Source of the DNA: Podarcis pityusensis
Taxonomy: Eukaryota
Assembly: GCA_964106645.2 (NCBI GenBank)
Contig: OZ067046.1
DNA: 64,000 nucleotides
Strand: one strand, 5' to 3'
The notes under the pieces were generated by a model. The model ran no database searches, was not told the DNA's origin, and saw only the letters and a list, made by a program, of their open reading frames with translations. The position numbers were made by a program, and so were the translations under genes. Positions 49,771-62,020 of this stretch are shown here, one piece after another (position 1 is the first letter of the stretch; each line of letters starts with the position of its first letter).

Positions 49771-50173
49771 GCACCACTGGCAGAACTAGAAAAAGTACAG
49801 AACAAGGTGATATGTCAGCATCCCTTCTCATAGTACTGTGATTAGAGTGGAATCAATCCCTGGTTAGAAGCTAGACCTGTCAGTCACAAAAGAACTCCCC
49901 CCGCCCTCTTCCTACCTTGGTGTTTTCCATATAGGGCAAGGCTGGGGAGAAAGGTTTCATTTGGGGCAGAAATGCTGTGTCTGTGGGGTTTTTTCCACGT
50001 CCAAAGCACCTTGGATCGTTTGCTGCTTCAGTTCAGTGTGCCTTAGAGAGCTCCCACCTTAGTCAAACAAGCCCTGAATCTTTCTTAAGCAGTCCTCATA
50101 CCCAAAGTACAGAAAACACCCTATCTAGTGTGAAACCTCAGAAGCATTGCCCTAGCCTTTCCTAGGCACTACT

Positions 50174-50303
50174 CATAGGTGTAGCCAAGGGGGGCAGCTG
50201 CCTGCATCAAGAAAAATAAATAAAAAATACATAGCAAACTGAGGTTCTGCTCCCCCTAACAAAAGGCCTGCCCCCCATAACAAAAATCCTGGCTACGCCC
50301 ATG
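50174..50303. mobile_element. 130-bp hAT MITE
   Basis: TIR cataggtgtagcca / tggctacgcccatg; TSD gcactact/ccactact (7/8). Confidence 0.85.
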
Positions 50304-50975
50304 CCACTACTACTGAACCTTCTAAATATATGCACACTTAATTTGGCACATGTTCATTATTCATATTTGATTGCGAAGGTTCAAAAATGCAAACTCACAT
50401 CTACTTTAATCAGCAAATCCTACCCTTTCTTTGTGTCATGTTCATATCATGGCAAGTACTTGAGGATGAAAGCAGGCACAGCTATCTATGTCTGATGTAG
50501 CGTGGTAGTATATTCAGAATATGGGTCTTGAAGTATTTCCATGTTTTCCTGTGCATGGCATAACATTTGCCAAGGCCAATTTGGAAACCTATTAAAAAGT
50601 ACTTAACTTAAAAAAAAAAAAAATTCATACAGCAATGAAATTTTTGGTGAACACGTCAGCATGATTTTACTGAGAGCATATAGTGGCACCAAGTACTCAT
50701 TTTTCATTTATACTACCAGATTCGGAAAAACCAACACAATGAACACAGTCACGTTAATGCACTTCATGTGTTTGATTTATTTATTAACTGTCCTGATATC
50801 TCTGTGTGCTGTACTACAAGCCCTGACAGTCTCTCTATAAAACTGCCCCTGTCCAAAATTATAGCTCTAATGGGATTTATACAACAGAACAAAGACACTG
50901 TCTGTAATAAAATGTGTTACTCTATTCAACAATATGAGTGAAGGACACGTTTTTAAATAATAATAAAAATGCTAA

Positions 50976-51302
50976 CAGACTCTCCAAGTGTCTCTATTTT
51001 CCAGGGACATCCCTAATTTAGAGAAGTCGTCCCGGTTTCTGATTTGATCCCAGAATGTCCCACTTTTCCTTAGGATGTCCCTATTTTCATTGGATAAATG
51101 TTGGAGGGTATGGAGTTATCCGACTCCCTAGCCATCTGAAGGCACTCCTGTATAGGGAAGGGTTTTATTATGTTTTCATATATGTCGGAAGCTGCCCAGA
51201 GTAGCTAGGGCAACCCAGTAAGATGTTTTGGGTATAACTAGTAAAATTATCATTATGGAATGGGACGTCCCTATTTTCATTGGAGACATTTTGGAGGGTA
51301 TG
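50976..51302. mobile_element. Composite hAT-like MITE with captured L2 3' tail (copy 2)
   Basis: Colinear with 15494-15840; the right end ttggagggtatg occurs twice (ending 51112 and 51302). Confidence 0.78.
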
Positions 51303-51373
51303 TGTTAATACTTCCTAAGAAGTCATATAGGCATGGTTCTCTCCACTCCCTGCACATGAGACATCAACGAATA

Positions 51374-51602
51374 CAGTGGTACCTCTGGTTAAGTACTTAA
51401 TTCGTTCCAGAGGTCCGTTCTTAACCTGAAACTGTTCTTAACCTGAAGCACCACTTTAGCTAGTGGGGCTTCCTGCTGCTGCCGCGCCGCTGGAGGCCGA
51501 TTTCTGTTCTTATGCTGAAGCAAAGTTCTTAACCTGAAGCACTATTTCTGGGTTAACAGAAGCGTATGTAACCTGAAGCATATGTAACCCGAGGTACCAC
51601 TG
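51374..51602. mobile_element. Tigger/pogo-like MITE, 229 bp
   Basis: TA|CAGTGGTACCTC...GAGGTACCACTG|TA, with repeated taacctgaa motifs. Confidence 0.9.
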
Positions 51603-53703
51603 TACAGTCTATCTCACACACGCTGATGAATCTGCATCCTTTCTTTGGGTATGCCCACAGAGGAAGGGCAGTAACCCTCCAGGGTGAGCTCAGACATTTT
51701 GGAGCCCCATGTCTGCTGATTTCACCCACAAATCGGGGCTGTGCTAAGGTCAAAACAAGTTGGAGATGAATTCATGTCCACCAGGGGAAAGTTGCTAGCA
51801 ATTGCCCTGCTGGTTCACATATCAAGCTGGGACATGTTATCCCCGTGTGCATCGTTTTGCACTAACTTTGTTCTGTGGGCCAAATAGAAGACCTGGTCTA
51901 CCCTGAGGCCCCATGGATTTACCACTGCTTTAATCTTCCTTGATCCTCAAGCTCAACAAGTCAAATGCAAGTCCACTTTTTTGTATATAAGCAAAACCCA
52001 CTAAATAACTCTGGACTTTTCCAATGTTTTGACTATTTTGGATTATAAGCCTTCCCCTTATCTTATCAGTCCTACAAAGTTACATTCCTGTGTGCAGCTG
52101 AATCGGTGTTAACATTTGCACTAATGCAAATAAAACCCTTATCTGTTCCCAAATTATATAGCTTATAAAATCTGGGCTGAATAAACAGGTTACCTGCCAC
52201 AAAATTCTAATGTATTTTTACAGCGAATTTAGGAAGTTTTTATTACATATTTTATAGTTATTATGAATGCATTCAGTGCTCCAGCAGAATAAAGAACTCC
52301 AAACATAGCATTTGAACAATTTAATGCAGCTTGCACTGAGAGACTTTTGCAGAGAGAGACCTTTGCTTCAAATAGATTTAACTACTTTTTTCAACTACCC
52401 AAGTTTTAACGTTTTTCATAGTACAATACTTCAAAGGTTTAAAAACACACATACGCACGTAGCCCTTTTTAGAATAAAACAACTTTCTTGTAAAGAAATA
52501 TTTGAGAGAACTATGTATACAGTTAATCTTCCTTAACTAGGGGGCAAACAATCAGCACATCACCAAAATAAAAAGAGATGGAGGGAAAACCTAGAGAACA
52601 TGCAAACTTACAAAACTAAAAACAAACTTTAAAAGAAATGGGAAAAGGCATAACAAAGAACATAGCTGCGTGACTTTCATTTCCCAGTGGAGATGAATTT
52701 GCTCACCAAGCAATTGCATGATGAATAAGCAGTAACATCTATCCCAAAGTACAATTTGAGACAGAGCATGGTCACTTGTTTAGAATAATAATTTGAAAAC
52801 ATATGGTCCTTGTCATTCTTTTCCAATTTGCTAATAGATACAATAAAATGAAATAAAAAACCAGCACGCCCAACTTAGCCATGACTTAGCCTTAGGGGCA
52901 GGGCAAACGATACACCTGGAGTGAGAATATGTTTGCATCTGTAAATCTTACATGACAACAACCCACCACCATTATACAATAAGGCAAGCGCAAACAGGCA
53001 CACTCTGCTAAGAGTATGCAACAGATGAAACTATTCACTGTGGCCTAAAAACAATAACAAGAAATAAAAAAGAAAGCCGTGTTCCTTGGGATACTCAGAT
53101 TTTCTCTGAACTCCTGCTGTTCTTCCAAAATCTCTAACACCCACAAACCTTCTGGAGACCAAGAGCTCTTTATTTCAGGCAGAATGATTCACTGATGAAG
53201 TCCAGTTTAAAGTGCTGATGAGGCAAATTGCACCCAAATCCTTCGACAGTTTGTCTTCTCTAGATGTCTGAGTCACAGAAAGACATTTTGATCACTCATT
53301 GTCTTTATCATCCCTCTGGGAGGCTTCTAGTACTGGGTGAACAACACACTATCTGATGTTTCAATGTCTCCAGATCACTCACATTCCATAAATCATAAGC
53401 TGAATACAATAATCACAACTGATTCTACAACTGGGTTGATATCAAGAGGAACTACTGAATACCTTACTCCAAGATGAAGTCTGGCTGAGGGTTCTAGATT
53501 ATTACTATCAGCTTTGTTTTTCCTTCTAAAAAAATCATGGATTTTACATTTTCAGCTCTCTCATTTAAACTATAAGAAGAGGACAAAGCTATGACAATGC
53601 ATATACCTTTTCAGGGGGGAATCAGGACAAATAAGTTGATTCCTATTCCTATTTATCACTGATCAGAAAATTCTTGACTAAAGAATACAAGAGAATGACA
53701 TGT

Positions 53704-54316
53704 CTGTTGTCTATGCTCTGGTAACATACTGCAGGTTAGACTGCTGCAACGCATTATACCTGGGCCTGCCTCTGAGGACTGTTCGGAAGCTTCAGCTGGT
53801 ACAGAATTCAGCGGCTAGGTTGCTCACCAAGGCAAGACAGCTTGAGCATATAACACTAATCCTGGCTTGACTGCACTGGCTGCCAATTTGTTTCCCAGCC
53901 AAATTCAAAGGGCTGGTGTTGACTATAAAGCCTTAAACAGCACAGACCCGCAATACCTCAAGGACTGTCTCTCCCCATATGAACCAACCTGGACCCTGCA
54001 ATCATCATCTGAGGCCCTTCTTTGTGTGCCTCCTCCACAAGACGTCCAGTGGGCAATAACATGAGAATGGGCCTTTTCTGTGGTGGCTCCCCACTTATGG
54101 AATGCTCTCCTCAGGGAGGCTTGCCTGGTGCCTTCATTACATACCTTTAGGTGCCAGGTAATAACATTTCTCTTCTCCCAGGTCTTTGGTCCATTAAACA
54201 ATCTATGGCCTTTTAAACTGTGAGGGGCAGGATTATTGTTTTTGTTTGTTTCTATGGTATGTATCTGTGATGCTCGGATGAAGGGCAGTACAGAAATTTA
54301 ATTAATAATAATAATA
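53704..54316 (+). mobile_element. L2 LINE 3' region
   Basis: Motifs RLDCCNALYLGLPL..VRKLQLVQNSAARLL..HIT..L..LHWLP..YKALN..PQYLKDCLSPYEP..AFSVVAPHLWNAL, plus a (TAA)n tail. Confidence 0.88.
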
Positions 54317-55151
54317 GATTATGAGGGTCTGATTCTAGCTAAGCTATTCTTATTAATACTTCTTTGTACTACTTTCAAGTAACATGTGTCTCAATACTAG
54401 CAGGACTATCGTAATGGTTTCTACCTGTGATTTTAACAATTAAAAATATATGGAAAGACAGATCTCTAATCATGCAAGCACAGCTACAGTAATTTAAATT
54501 CTGACTTCTTTGGAACAAAAGTTGACACTCCTACAAGAAACTGAATTGCATTTCCACCAGCAGGAGTGACTCCTGATTCACAAGACCATATATGTAAGTT
54601 CCCATTATTATTTTTTTACAATTAACTATGAATGCTGGTATTTCCATCAATATTTAGTCACACATGCATATTCTTTTTGGAACAGGAATACAAAGGAGCC
54701 ATATACAAAAGTTTCAATTGGAGCCTAGTCTCTACCAAATTTTCCCATGCAGTCATGTAAGACAGCAGTCATCTCTTTGATCACAGGCATGCTTCTCTGG
54801 CAAGCTGTGATCACAGAGATGACTACTAGCTGAAAGGATGTCCCTTAACACACTCACTTTTTCCTTCTGTACTTGAAAGCATGGCAAAACTCATTGGTGT
54901 AAACGCATTCTACGTCATCACGGCAACTATTTGGCTGAAAACACAGAGTTAAGTTTCAGGTAGCGAATGTTGACCATACGTCTGTCAAAACTCTTTTGGT
55001 AAGAACCACTTGACAAGAGAGTGATTTGTTGGAGAGTGGAGGATGCAGGACCTGACAGGTTATGAAATAGTGGCGATGTCAGTTGATTCTTGTACAGCCA
55101 AATGAGAAGAGTGCAATTTATCTGCCAAGGTCATTTGAGGACCATATGTAA

Positions 55152-55286
55152 CAGTCTTCCCCAACCAGGTATCCTCCAGATTTGCTAGACTACAGCGCTC
55201 ATCATCCTTTACCATTGGTCATGCTGGATGGGGTGATCAGAGTTGTAATACAAAACACCTGGAGGGCACCGGGTTGGGGAAGGCTG
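55152..55286. mobile_element. 135-bp palindromic hAT-type MITE
   Basis: TIR cagtcttccccaacc / ggttggggaaggctg, with internal cctccaga...ctggagg arms as in the 35273 family. Confidence 0.75.
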
Positions 55287-56174
55287 GTAAACAATAGCTA
55301 GCAGCCAGTGGAAGTATCACAGGTGCATCCTCAAGCATACCTAAGTGAATTTAAACATGCCTAACTTTCTACCAGGTCTTGGTCTCTAATATAAAGCCTT
55401 TTAAAAAAAAAAGTTATATAGCTTATTGCTGACTCAGGAAATATTCATCTATAGTGCAATATTTGGTTACTCATTAATTCCAATACTTATAGGCTACATT
55501 TTTCAAACATTAGAAAAGGGGGAAATTACACTTTCAATATGTGGGATAAAATTACAGAACGTGCCATTTATTTATATAAATGCAGAAAAGCAAATTTTGC
55601 CAGATGGTGAAATTGGGCAATTCACCTCAGATATTCATCACCATCATGTTCTCACACCCACTGAGTTGTTCTAAAACTATCTTTCATGAAACCAAATAAA
55701 ATTGGCTTGTGTGTGCAAAATGCTGAAATAAACACTGATATTATGTAAGAGGTATATCTAAAATGCCGCTCATCATTTATTTGAGGGTATGATGCTGGTC
55801 ATAACAAAAGGTTGGTTGCATGGCTTTGTTGTGCAAAATGTGAGGACTCGGATTTCTGTATGAACTACTTGTAATGTATTATTAGCAGAATGTTTGAGTT
55901 CTTATAATAGGTTCCCAAATTAATTATGATTACTGTACATAATAAATTAGCAATCTCCATGAACTGGAAAGTGTGGAGTATTTCAATAATTCCCATCTAT
56001 CACACTTTGAAAGCCTTTTGGGTGTTTTTCCCCCAAACTTCCTGCAATAAAAGTGAAGGATAGAGATAGACAAGCTTCCCTCCTTTAATTCAAAATTAGA
56101 AAATATACTTCTTTTTCTCAGCTGAATCCCAAATTTGAAAACTGTTACGGTCCTGATGACCACAGGGAAATGGT

Positions 56175-56340
56175 GGAACACAAGCTCTGAATGTAAAAGC
56201 TTCCAGATTCATTCTATGGCACCTCCAGAAAAAAGCTGGAAAAGACTCTTACTGTATCTGATTACCCTGGAAAGCCACCGCAAGTCATTATAGTCAATAC
56301 TGAGTCAGGTGGACCAATGGCCGATTTCTATGTTATGTTT
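56175..56340 (+). mobile_element. Squam3-like SINE fragment
   Basis: gctggaaaagactc...accctggaaagccaccgcaagtca...caatactgag...tggaccaatgg...ctatgtt pattern (recalled consensus). Confidence 0.5.
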
Positions 56341-57194
56341 CAGACTGGGTTCAGATACCTCCCCTTCAACTTCCTTGCAATTCTCCCAAACCCTGCCAAT
56401 CCATCACTCCCCAGTTGCAATGACAGCACAATAGTGGTAGCGGGCAAGGGTGGCAGAGGTAAAGGTCTCCCTCCCTCAGTCCTAGATTGCTTCAGTGGCA
56501 GAAACTTCCAGAAGGTTGGCTGCAGTAATGTGCACTGAATTCGGTTTCTGGACTGCTGTCCAGGGCATCCCTCCATAGGGTACATTACAGTAGTTAGCAC
56601 TTCCGAGGCTGCAAAAGCATGGGTATCTGTTACAAGGTCCTGATGATGTGGGAAGTGAAGCAGTCAGCATATCAGATGTACCTAATTAATGACCTTGATC
56701 CTCCTATAGTAGCATCAGGTTCAGAAGCAGACCTCAATACTATGCCTGCTCTCCCAGCGTTAACATGCACAGCACCAATAGCAGGTAACTCCCAGGCTCC
56801 TAAAGCTTCTGGCCTCTATCTCTAGGCAAAGATTGTTCACCAGGGCAACTAATATCCTTTCTGTTCTTTATCCAGGCCAGAAGCCAGGCTGAAATAGGTC
56901 AAGGAATTATGCCTGTCACATCACTGTTTTCAGAATTATATGTGGAGTTCACAGAATGAGGTCCATTGGTCCATTGGATGTCAGAATCCCACCATGTTTA
57001 TTCAAATATATGGAAATCCTCTTTCTGACTAGCCAGTAAATATGCCAGCTCATGATAAGTGTGGAAAAAGTTTCCATTCTGGAGTTTTGCAACTGCTTTC
57101 TAACATTTATGCAACTGTTGTAACACAAAGTATAAATAAGAGTTTATTTACCTAGCTAACTGCTTCAGAGCTCAAAGCTGCCCTGCAAAATAAA

Positions 57195-58223
57195 CCAAGG
57201 GTACTAAAGTAGCTTGCAGATATAATTTCAGAGACTCTGTCTATAATATTTGAGAATTTTTGGAGAACAAGTGAGGTCCCTGTGGACTGGAGGTGGGCAA
57301 ATGATGTCCCCGTTTTAAAAAATGGGGGCGGGGGAGGGGAGAAGACCCAGGTAACTGCCAACTGCTAAACTTGACTTCAATACCAGGAAAGGTGCTAGAA
57401 CAGATAATTAAACAATCGGTCTGTGAGCACTTAGAAAAGGATTTTACAACACTAAGACACAACATCAGTTTCTCAAATATAACTCATGCCAGATGAATCT
57501 CATTTTCTTTTTTGGATAGAGTTACAAGCTTGGTGGATCAGGGGAATGCTGTGGATGTAGGGTATCTTGATTTCAGTAAAGCTTTTGACATAGTCCCCCA
57601 TGATATTATTGTGGAGAAGCTATTAAAATGTGGGCTGGATGCAGTAACTGTTAGGTGGATTTGTAGCTGGTTGACTGACCAAACCCAAAGAGTGCTCACC
57701 AGTGGTTCCTCAACATCCTGGAAAAAAGTAACAAGCGATTCTTGTCTTGGGCCTGTTGTTGCTTGAAGTCTTTTAAAAATGACTTGCATGAAGGAAATGA
57801 GGGGATGCTCATCAAATTTACATAGGATACCAAACTGGGAGGGGTAGCCAATGCTGCAGAAGACAGGAACCGAGATTCAAGAACTTAATGGATTGGAGAA
57901 CTGGACCCAAACTAACAAAATAAATTTCAATATGGACAAATGTAAGGTTCTGCCCTTAGGCAGGAAGAACCAGCTGCACAGATATAAAATGGGGACACCT
58001 GGATTGCCAGTGGTACATGTGAAAAGGATGTCATGTACTTCAAGTTACATGAAATGAGATTCTGACTAAACTTCTGAAGCATTTTCTGATGGTAACAGCT
58101 GTTTGACAGTGGAACGAATTCCCCCAGAAGGTGGTGGATTCTCCTTCCTTGGAGGTTTTTAAGCAGAGTTGAGATTCCTGCATTGCAGGGGGTTGGGCCC
58201 TCTACAATTTTATGATTCTATGA
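57195..58223 (+). mobile_element. CR1 LINE, RT region to 3' end, internally deleted
   Basis: VLK.LADIISE.LSIIFENFWRT.EVPVDWR.AN; NAVDVGYLDFSKAFDIVPHD..WICSWLTDQTQRV; tail tatgattctatga. Contains frameshifts and a large deletion near 58030. Confidence 0.92.
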
Positions 58224-58736
58224 AATCCCACAACAAATACAATGTGTGTTCTTGCCAATAAAAACAGCCTAAGATCTGTCACCTATTCCTTTATTGGTCC
58301 TCTTCTCAGGCAAACATCACCTTAGCAATGCTAAGTATTCAGAGCAGGTGGCTAATTACCAAGACTGCCTCCCCTCAGGCATCATCTTTCACATACTTCG
58401 ATAAAACAAGAGCCCAGGAGCTATTTTAGACCAAAATTGATCTCTTCCTCTTTGAATCATTACAATCTCTACTTTTAAATATTGAAGGGAAAAACCACAG
58501 ACTCACATTCTAATGTCCGTAGAAGATAGTGCTGCCCAGCAGACAGAGTGCTGAATCTGAGCCTTTGGGGTTGAATATCCCAACTCACTGCTTGGCCTTT
58601 GTCAAGCGGACCTTCTCAGACTGCCATCTGTCTAGCAGCAGAAACAGAGGCTTTCTCCTTCAGAATTAAGTTTGTGAGGCTAAATGAGACAATGAAGGCA
58701 TGCAATAATCTGTCAGACACTGACCACTTGCTTTTT

Positions 58737-59120
58737 TAAACCACAGAGTCTTTGGGAAAAGAAAAGGCTAAGGAGTAAACCCAATACAAATCCAGAGTGG
58801 AGACCCTAAGGTGGTCGGATGGTGGCTTGCATGCCTCCTTCTGGAAACTCCTGCAACCAAACTGGTGCCAAAAATATTGTTCTGCAGGCCAAGAGCGGGG
58901 GTTTTGTCGTCTGGGCAGCCCAGGACCTCCATATACGCTGCCAAGGCTTGCACCCCAGAGAGGTCACTTTGGTGCTACTAATGCAGCAAAAACAATGTGT
59001 GAGGAAGCAGTTAGGAGTTACTGGTCTCTGCAGCCACAGCAGCTGCTGTGACTCTCCAGTGGTTTGGCTGCATCCCCAGAGGCACACCCCATTGTTTCTC
59101 AAGACAGACGGATGCCAACA
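58737..59120 (+). mobile_element. RTE-derived non-autonomous retroelement
   Basis: gaaaaggctaaggagtaaaccc 5'-UTR-like part joined to the RTE-type 3' end ctcaagacagacggatgccaac. Related to 30526-30768. Confidence 0.6.
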
Positions 59121-59234
59121 ATATATTCAGTTTACTCTCTCATACTACAATGACTCAAAAGTTACATTTTTATGTGTATATACAGAGTTTTCAGGATTAA
59201 AACAAAAACAAAATTGTTGCATATACCCTGCAGA

Positions 59235-59545
59235 TTGGGGGTGGGAATCTGAAGCCCAGTGGCCAAATGTGGCCTCCCATGCCTCTCCCTCTGGCCCTTG
59301 GGATTCTTCCAAGCCACACCCCTCACCAGCTCTGCTTCACACGATCCTCCTCAAGTGTTTTTGCCTGTATGGAATATATCCTTGAACTCTTATAGTGCCT
59401 CTGACTTGACTGGCTGGAGAAGGATAGAGAGTGGGGATGCGAGAGAAACTGGCTTACTGTACAAAAGTAAAAATTACATAGATTGCTCTGCCCTCTTTTG
59501 CCTCTGGCATTGCTCAAGCTGCACATTGCCCACTTGTAATAAATG
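59235..59545. mobile_element. Old hAT-type MITE, degenerate
   Basis: ggggtgggaatct..gccc..tggccaaatgtggcct start resembles a hAT subterminal ggcc pattern; right end unclear. Confidence 0.4.
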
Positions 59546-59561
59546 GATGAAGTTATTACCT

Positions 59562-59779
59562 AGGTAAAGGACCCCTGACCATTAGGTCCAGTCGCGGATG
59601 ACTCTGGGGTTGTGGCGCTCATCTCGCTTTATTGGCTGAGGGAGCAGGTGTACAGCTTCCGGGTCATGTGGCCAGCATGACTAAGCCACTTCTGGCGAAC
59701 CAGAGCAGCGCACGGAAACGCAGTTTACCTTCCTGCCAGAGCAGTACCTATTTATCTACTTGCACTTTGACATGCTTTC
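59562..59779 (-). mobile_element. Sauria SINE, 5'-truncated
   Basis: Closely similar to 9805-10030; tail aggtaaagg; lacks the tRNA head. Confidence 0.9.
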
Positions 59780-59785
59780 GAAGAC

Positions 59786-59921
59786 CAGGCATAAGCAAAC
59801 TCCGGCTCTCCAGATGTTTGGGGCTACAATTCCCATCATCCCTGACCACTGGTCCTGTTAGATAGGGATGATGGGAACTGTAGTCCCAAACATCTGGAGG
59901 GGCGGAGTTTGCCTATGCCTG
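59786..59921. mobile_element. 136-bp palindromic hAT MITE (35273 family)
   Basis: TIR caggcataagcaaactcc / ggagtttgcctatgcctg; right TSD ctgaagac, left remnant gaagac. Confidence 0.9.
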
Positions 59922-60976
59922 CTGAAGACTGACTTCATCAAGGTCCAGGGTTCACAGCATATTCTTCAGCTGTGATGCAAAAGGCATCTTTCCAACTAAC
60001 AGACCACGATGCTGGTGAATCAAAACACTGGCTAAACCAAATCAGTTTTGCTTGCTCTCTCACTTGGTACCACTGCCCTAAAGTCCTGCCCGCTATTCCC
60101 TCTGTCTCTCTAGCAAAGCCATCTTCATTTCACCTTACCCAGTTCTTCCCCCCTCCCCCTGTCTTATTTCTGAAAAGCTTTGCAGAGTTGGGAGAACCCT
60201 TATGCCTTGAGACGGGATGAGCAAACTAGCTCTCCACACTCCTCATATTCTGCAACATAGGAGGAAGCACATGTACAGGAGACAAGCACAGGGTGCCACA
60301 AATGCTGCTGGTGAAGCAGTGGAAGAGGTCAGCCCAACAGAAAGGCTGTGGCAGATGTGAGGAGGTGAGCCTTAAGTAACCAGATGCCACAAGCAAAGAA
60401 TAAGATGACAAGGACAAGCGAATGGGGTTGCTTGCCACAGCCAGCAAGGAAATTTGCTCAGAGCAACAGTTGAAGAACTACTGAACAGATGGGAGGTTGA
60501 GACAAAATGAAGTGTAAATGTAGACAGTGTGACTTTCCTCACAAAGGATGGGGGGTATAACCATAAAAGAAAGCTAAAAATAAGAGCATGGTAGTTGCTA
60601 TAGTTGCAACACAGATAGGACAGGAAGAGCCATCTATGTCTAGTTGGGCCTTGGTCACTTCCTTGCCCAGAAAGCTAAAGCTGTGTAACTCTTGCATTTC
60701 ACCAGTACACTTGTTTGAAGACATCCGCTTGGCTCTCTGGGGCCTCTATAATGCTGTAGAAACGCCAGTTTCTTTAGTCAAACACACCCGCCTCAAGTCA
60801 TCTGAGTCCCAGTCAGCACCACTACCCAAAAGCCAGAAAACGTGAAATTCTGCTTCATCTCAAAATAGCTCCACAGCTCAAAGAAAGCTAAAATTTGCCA
60901 CTCGCATTCTTCAACATTCTGATTTCTAGAAAAATCTGAAAATGTGACATGTTGCTCCTCTCCCTCAAAACTCTGG

Positions 60977-61113
60977 CAGGGTTTTTTTCCAGCCAGAACT
61001 CACCAGCACTCAGTTCCTGCACCTCTCAGGTGGGCTCCATTGCCATTATAAGAGAACAAGGGAGGCATTCATAGTGAGTTCTGGCACCTCTTTTTCTAGA
61101 AAAAATAGCACTG
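60977..61113. mobile_element. 137-bp hAT MITE
   Basis: Ends caggg(t)n / (a)n tagcactg; TSD aactctgg/aactctga (7/8). Confidence 0.75.
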
Positions 61114-61747
61114 AACTCTGAGCACAGTGATCAGCCTTCCTGAACCTAGCGAGCCAGGACATAAGGTAAGGCCAAAAGTTGTATGGATTTGAAACCACTC
61201 TCCGTATGGCAGGGAGGCCATTTGTTGTGGAAGCCAGAAATGTACCAGTAAACCTGGTAATGGGTTAATCCATCTTCGCACATACGGTATCCTCAAAGTG
61301 AAGGAGATAGGCAACTCCAGTGGAAGACAAGATCATATCAATGGTTGCAGGGTGCACAATTCACATCTCTCCCAGGCTGAGTGTTTTTCTTTCTGTGTCT
61401 CCACCAAAGGCATCTGTAAACAACTCAGCTCGAAGCAAGGGCATTGCTTAAAGTTCTCAATATCATAAATAATATATATTTGTTTATATAAACTGTTTAT
61501 TCTGCATGAAATATTAAATCAAATGCATTCATTCTCAGCATCTGATATATATATAAAATAACATCTGACATCACCAATATATTTTCATTCTTTTCCTTTC
61601 CTGTTTACTCCAGAATATCCATGCCACTAACATTTTAGAACATGTGCCTTGGGATTGAGTAGAACTTTAAGCATTTCATTGTGCTAACTATTTCAAAATC
61701 TTACGAAAATATGACACAAATTATTTTTTCCCATTTAACACCGGCAA

Positions 61748-62020
61748 TGCAATCCCGCACAAATTGATTCAGAAGTGCTGCAATGCTCCATGGGACTTAT
61801 TACCAGGTATGTGAGCATAGCCAGGTAACTGCCAGAGCCTTAGCCTGCAAACCTGGCTGCAAAACTTGGAAGTAAGCCCTATCAACATCAGTAGGACTTA
61901 CGTCTGAGTAAACCCAGTCAGGGGCAGGCTCCAAAAGGTCAATAGCTGGAATACCTAGCTGGGAACGAGCCACACTGAATTCAGCAGGGTTTACTTCTAA
62001 GTAAACATAGATAAAACCGG
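61748..62020. repeat. Three adjacent copies of an ~80-bp palindromic interspersed repeat
   Basis: Core gaagtaag.ccc..tga..tca.tgggacttac repeated three times. Other copies near 6335-6400, 29775-29845, 39780-39910, 42770-42835, 47275-47345 and 63895-63980. Confidence 0.6.

Noticed and set aside
58768-59567. 188-aa ORF 58819..59385 and overlapping ORFs
   Set aside because: They span unrelated repeat fragments (RTE-derived element, old MITE) and show no domain similarity.
60226-60850. Purine-rich unassigned stretch as a retrocopy or endogenous viral fragment (also 8860-9370, 17400-17648, 27820-28210)
   Set aside because: No recognisable protein in the ORF track or the frames I translated, and no polyA or TSD. 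A BLASTX would be needed to exclude this fully.
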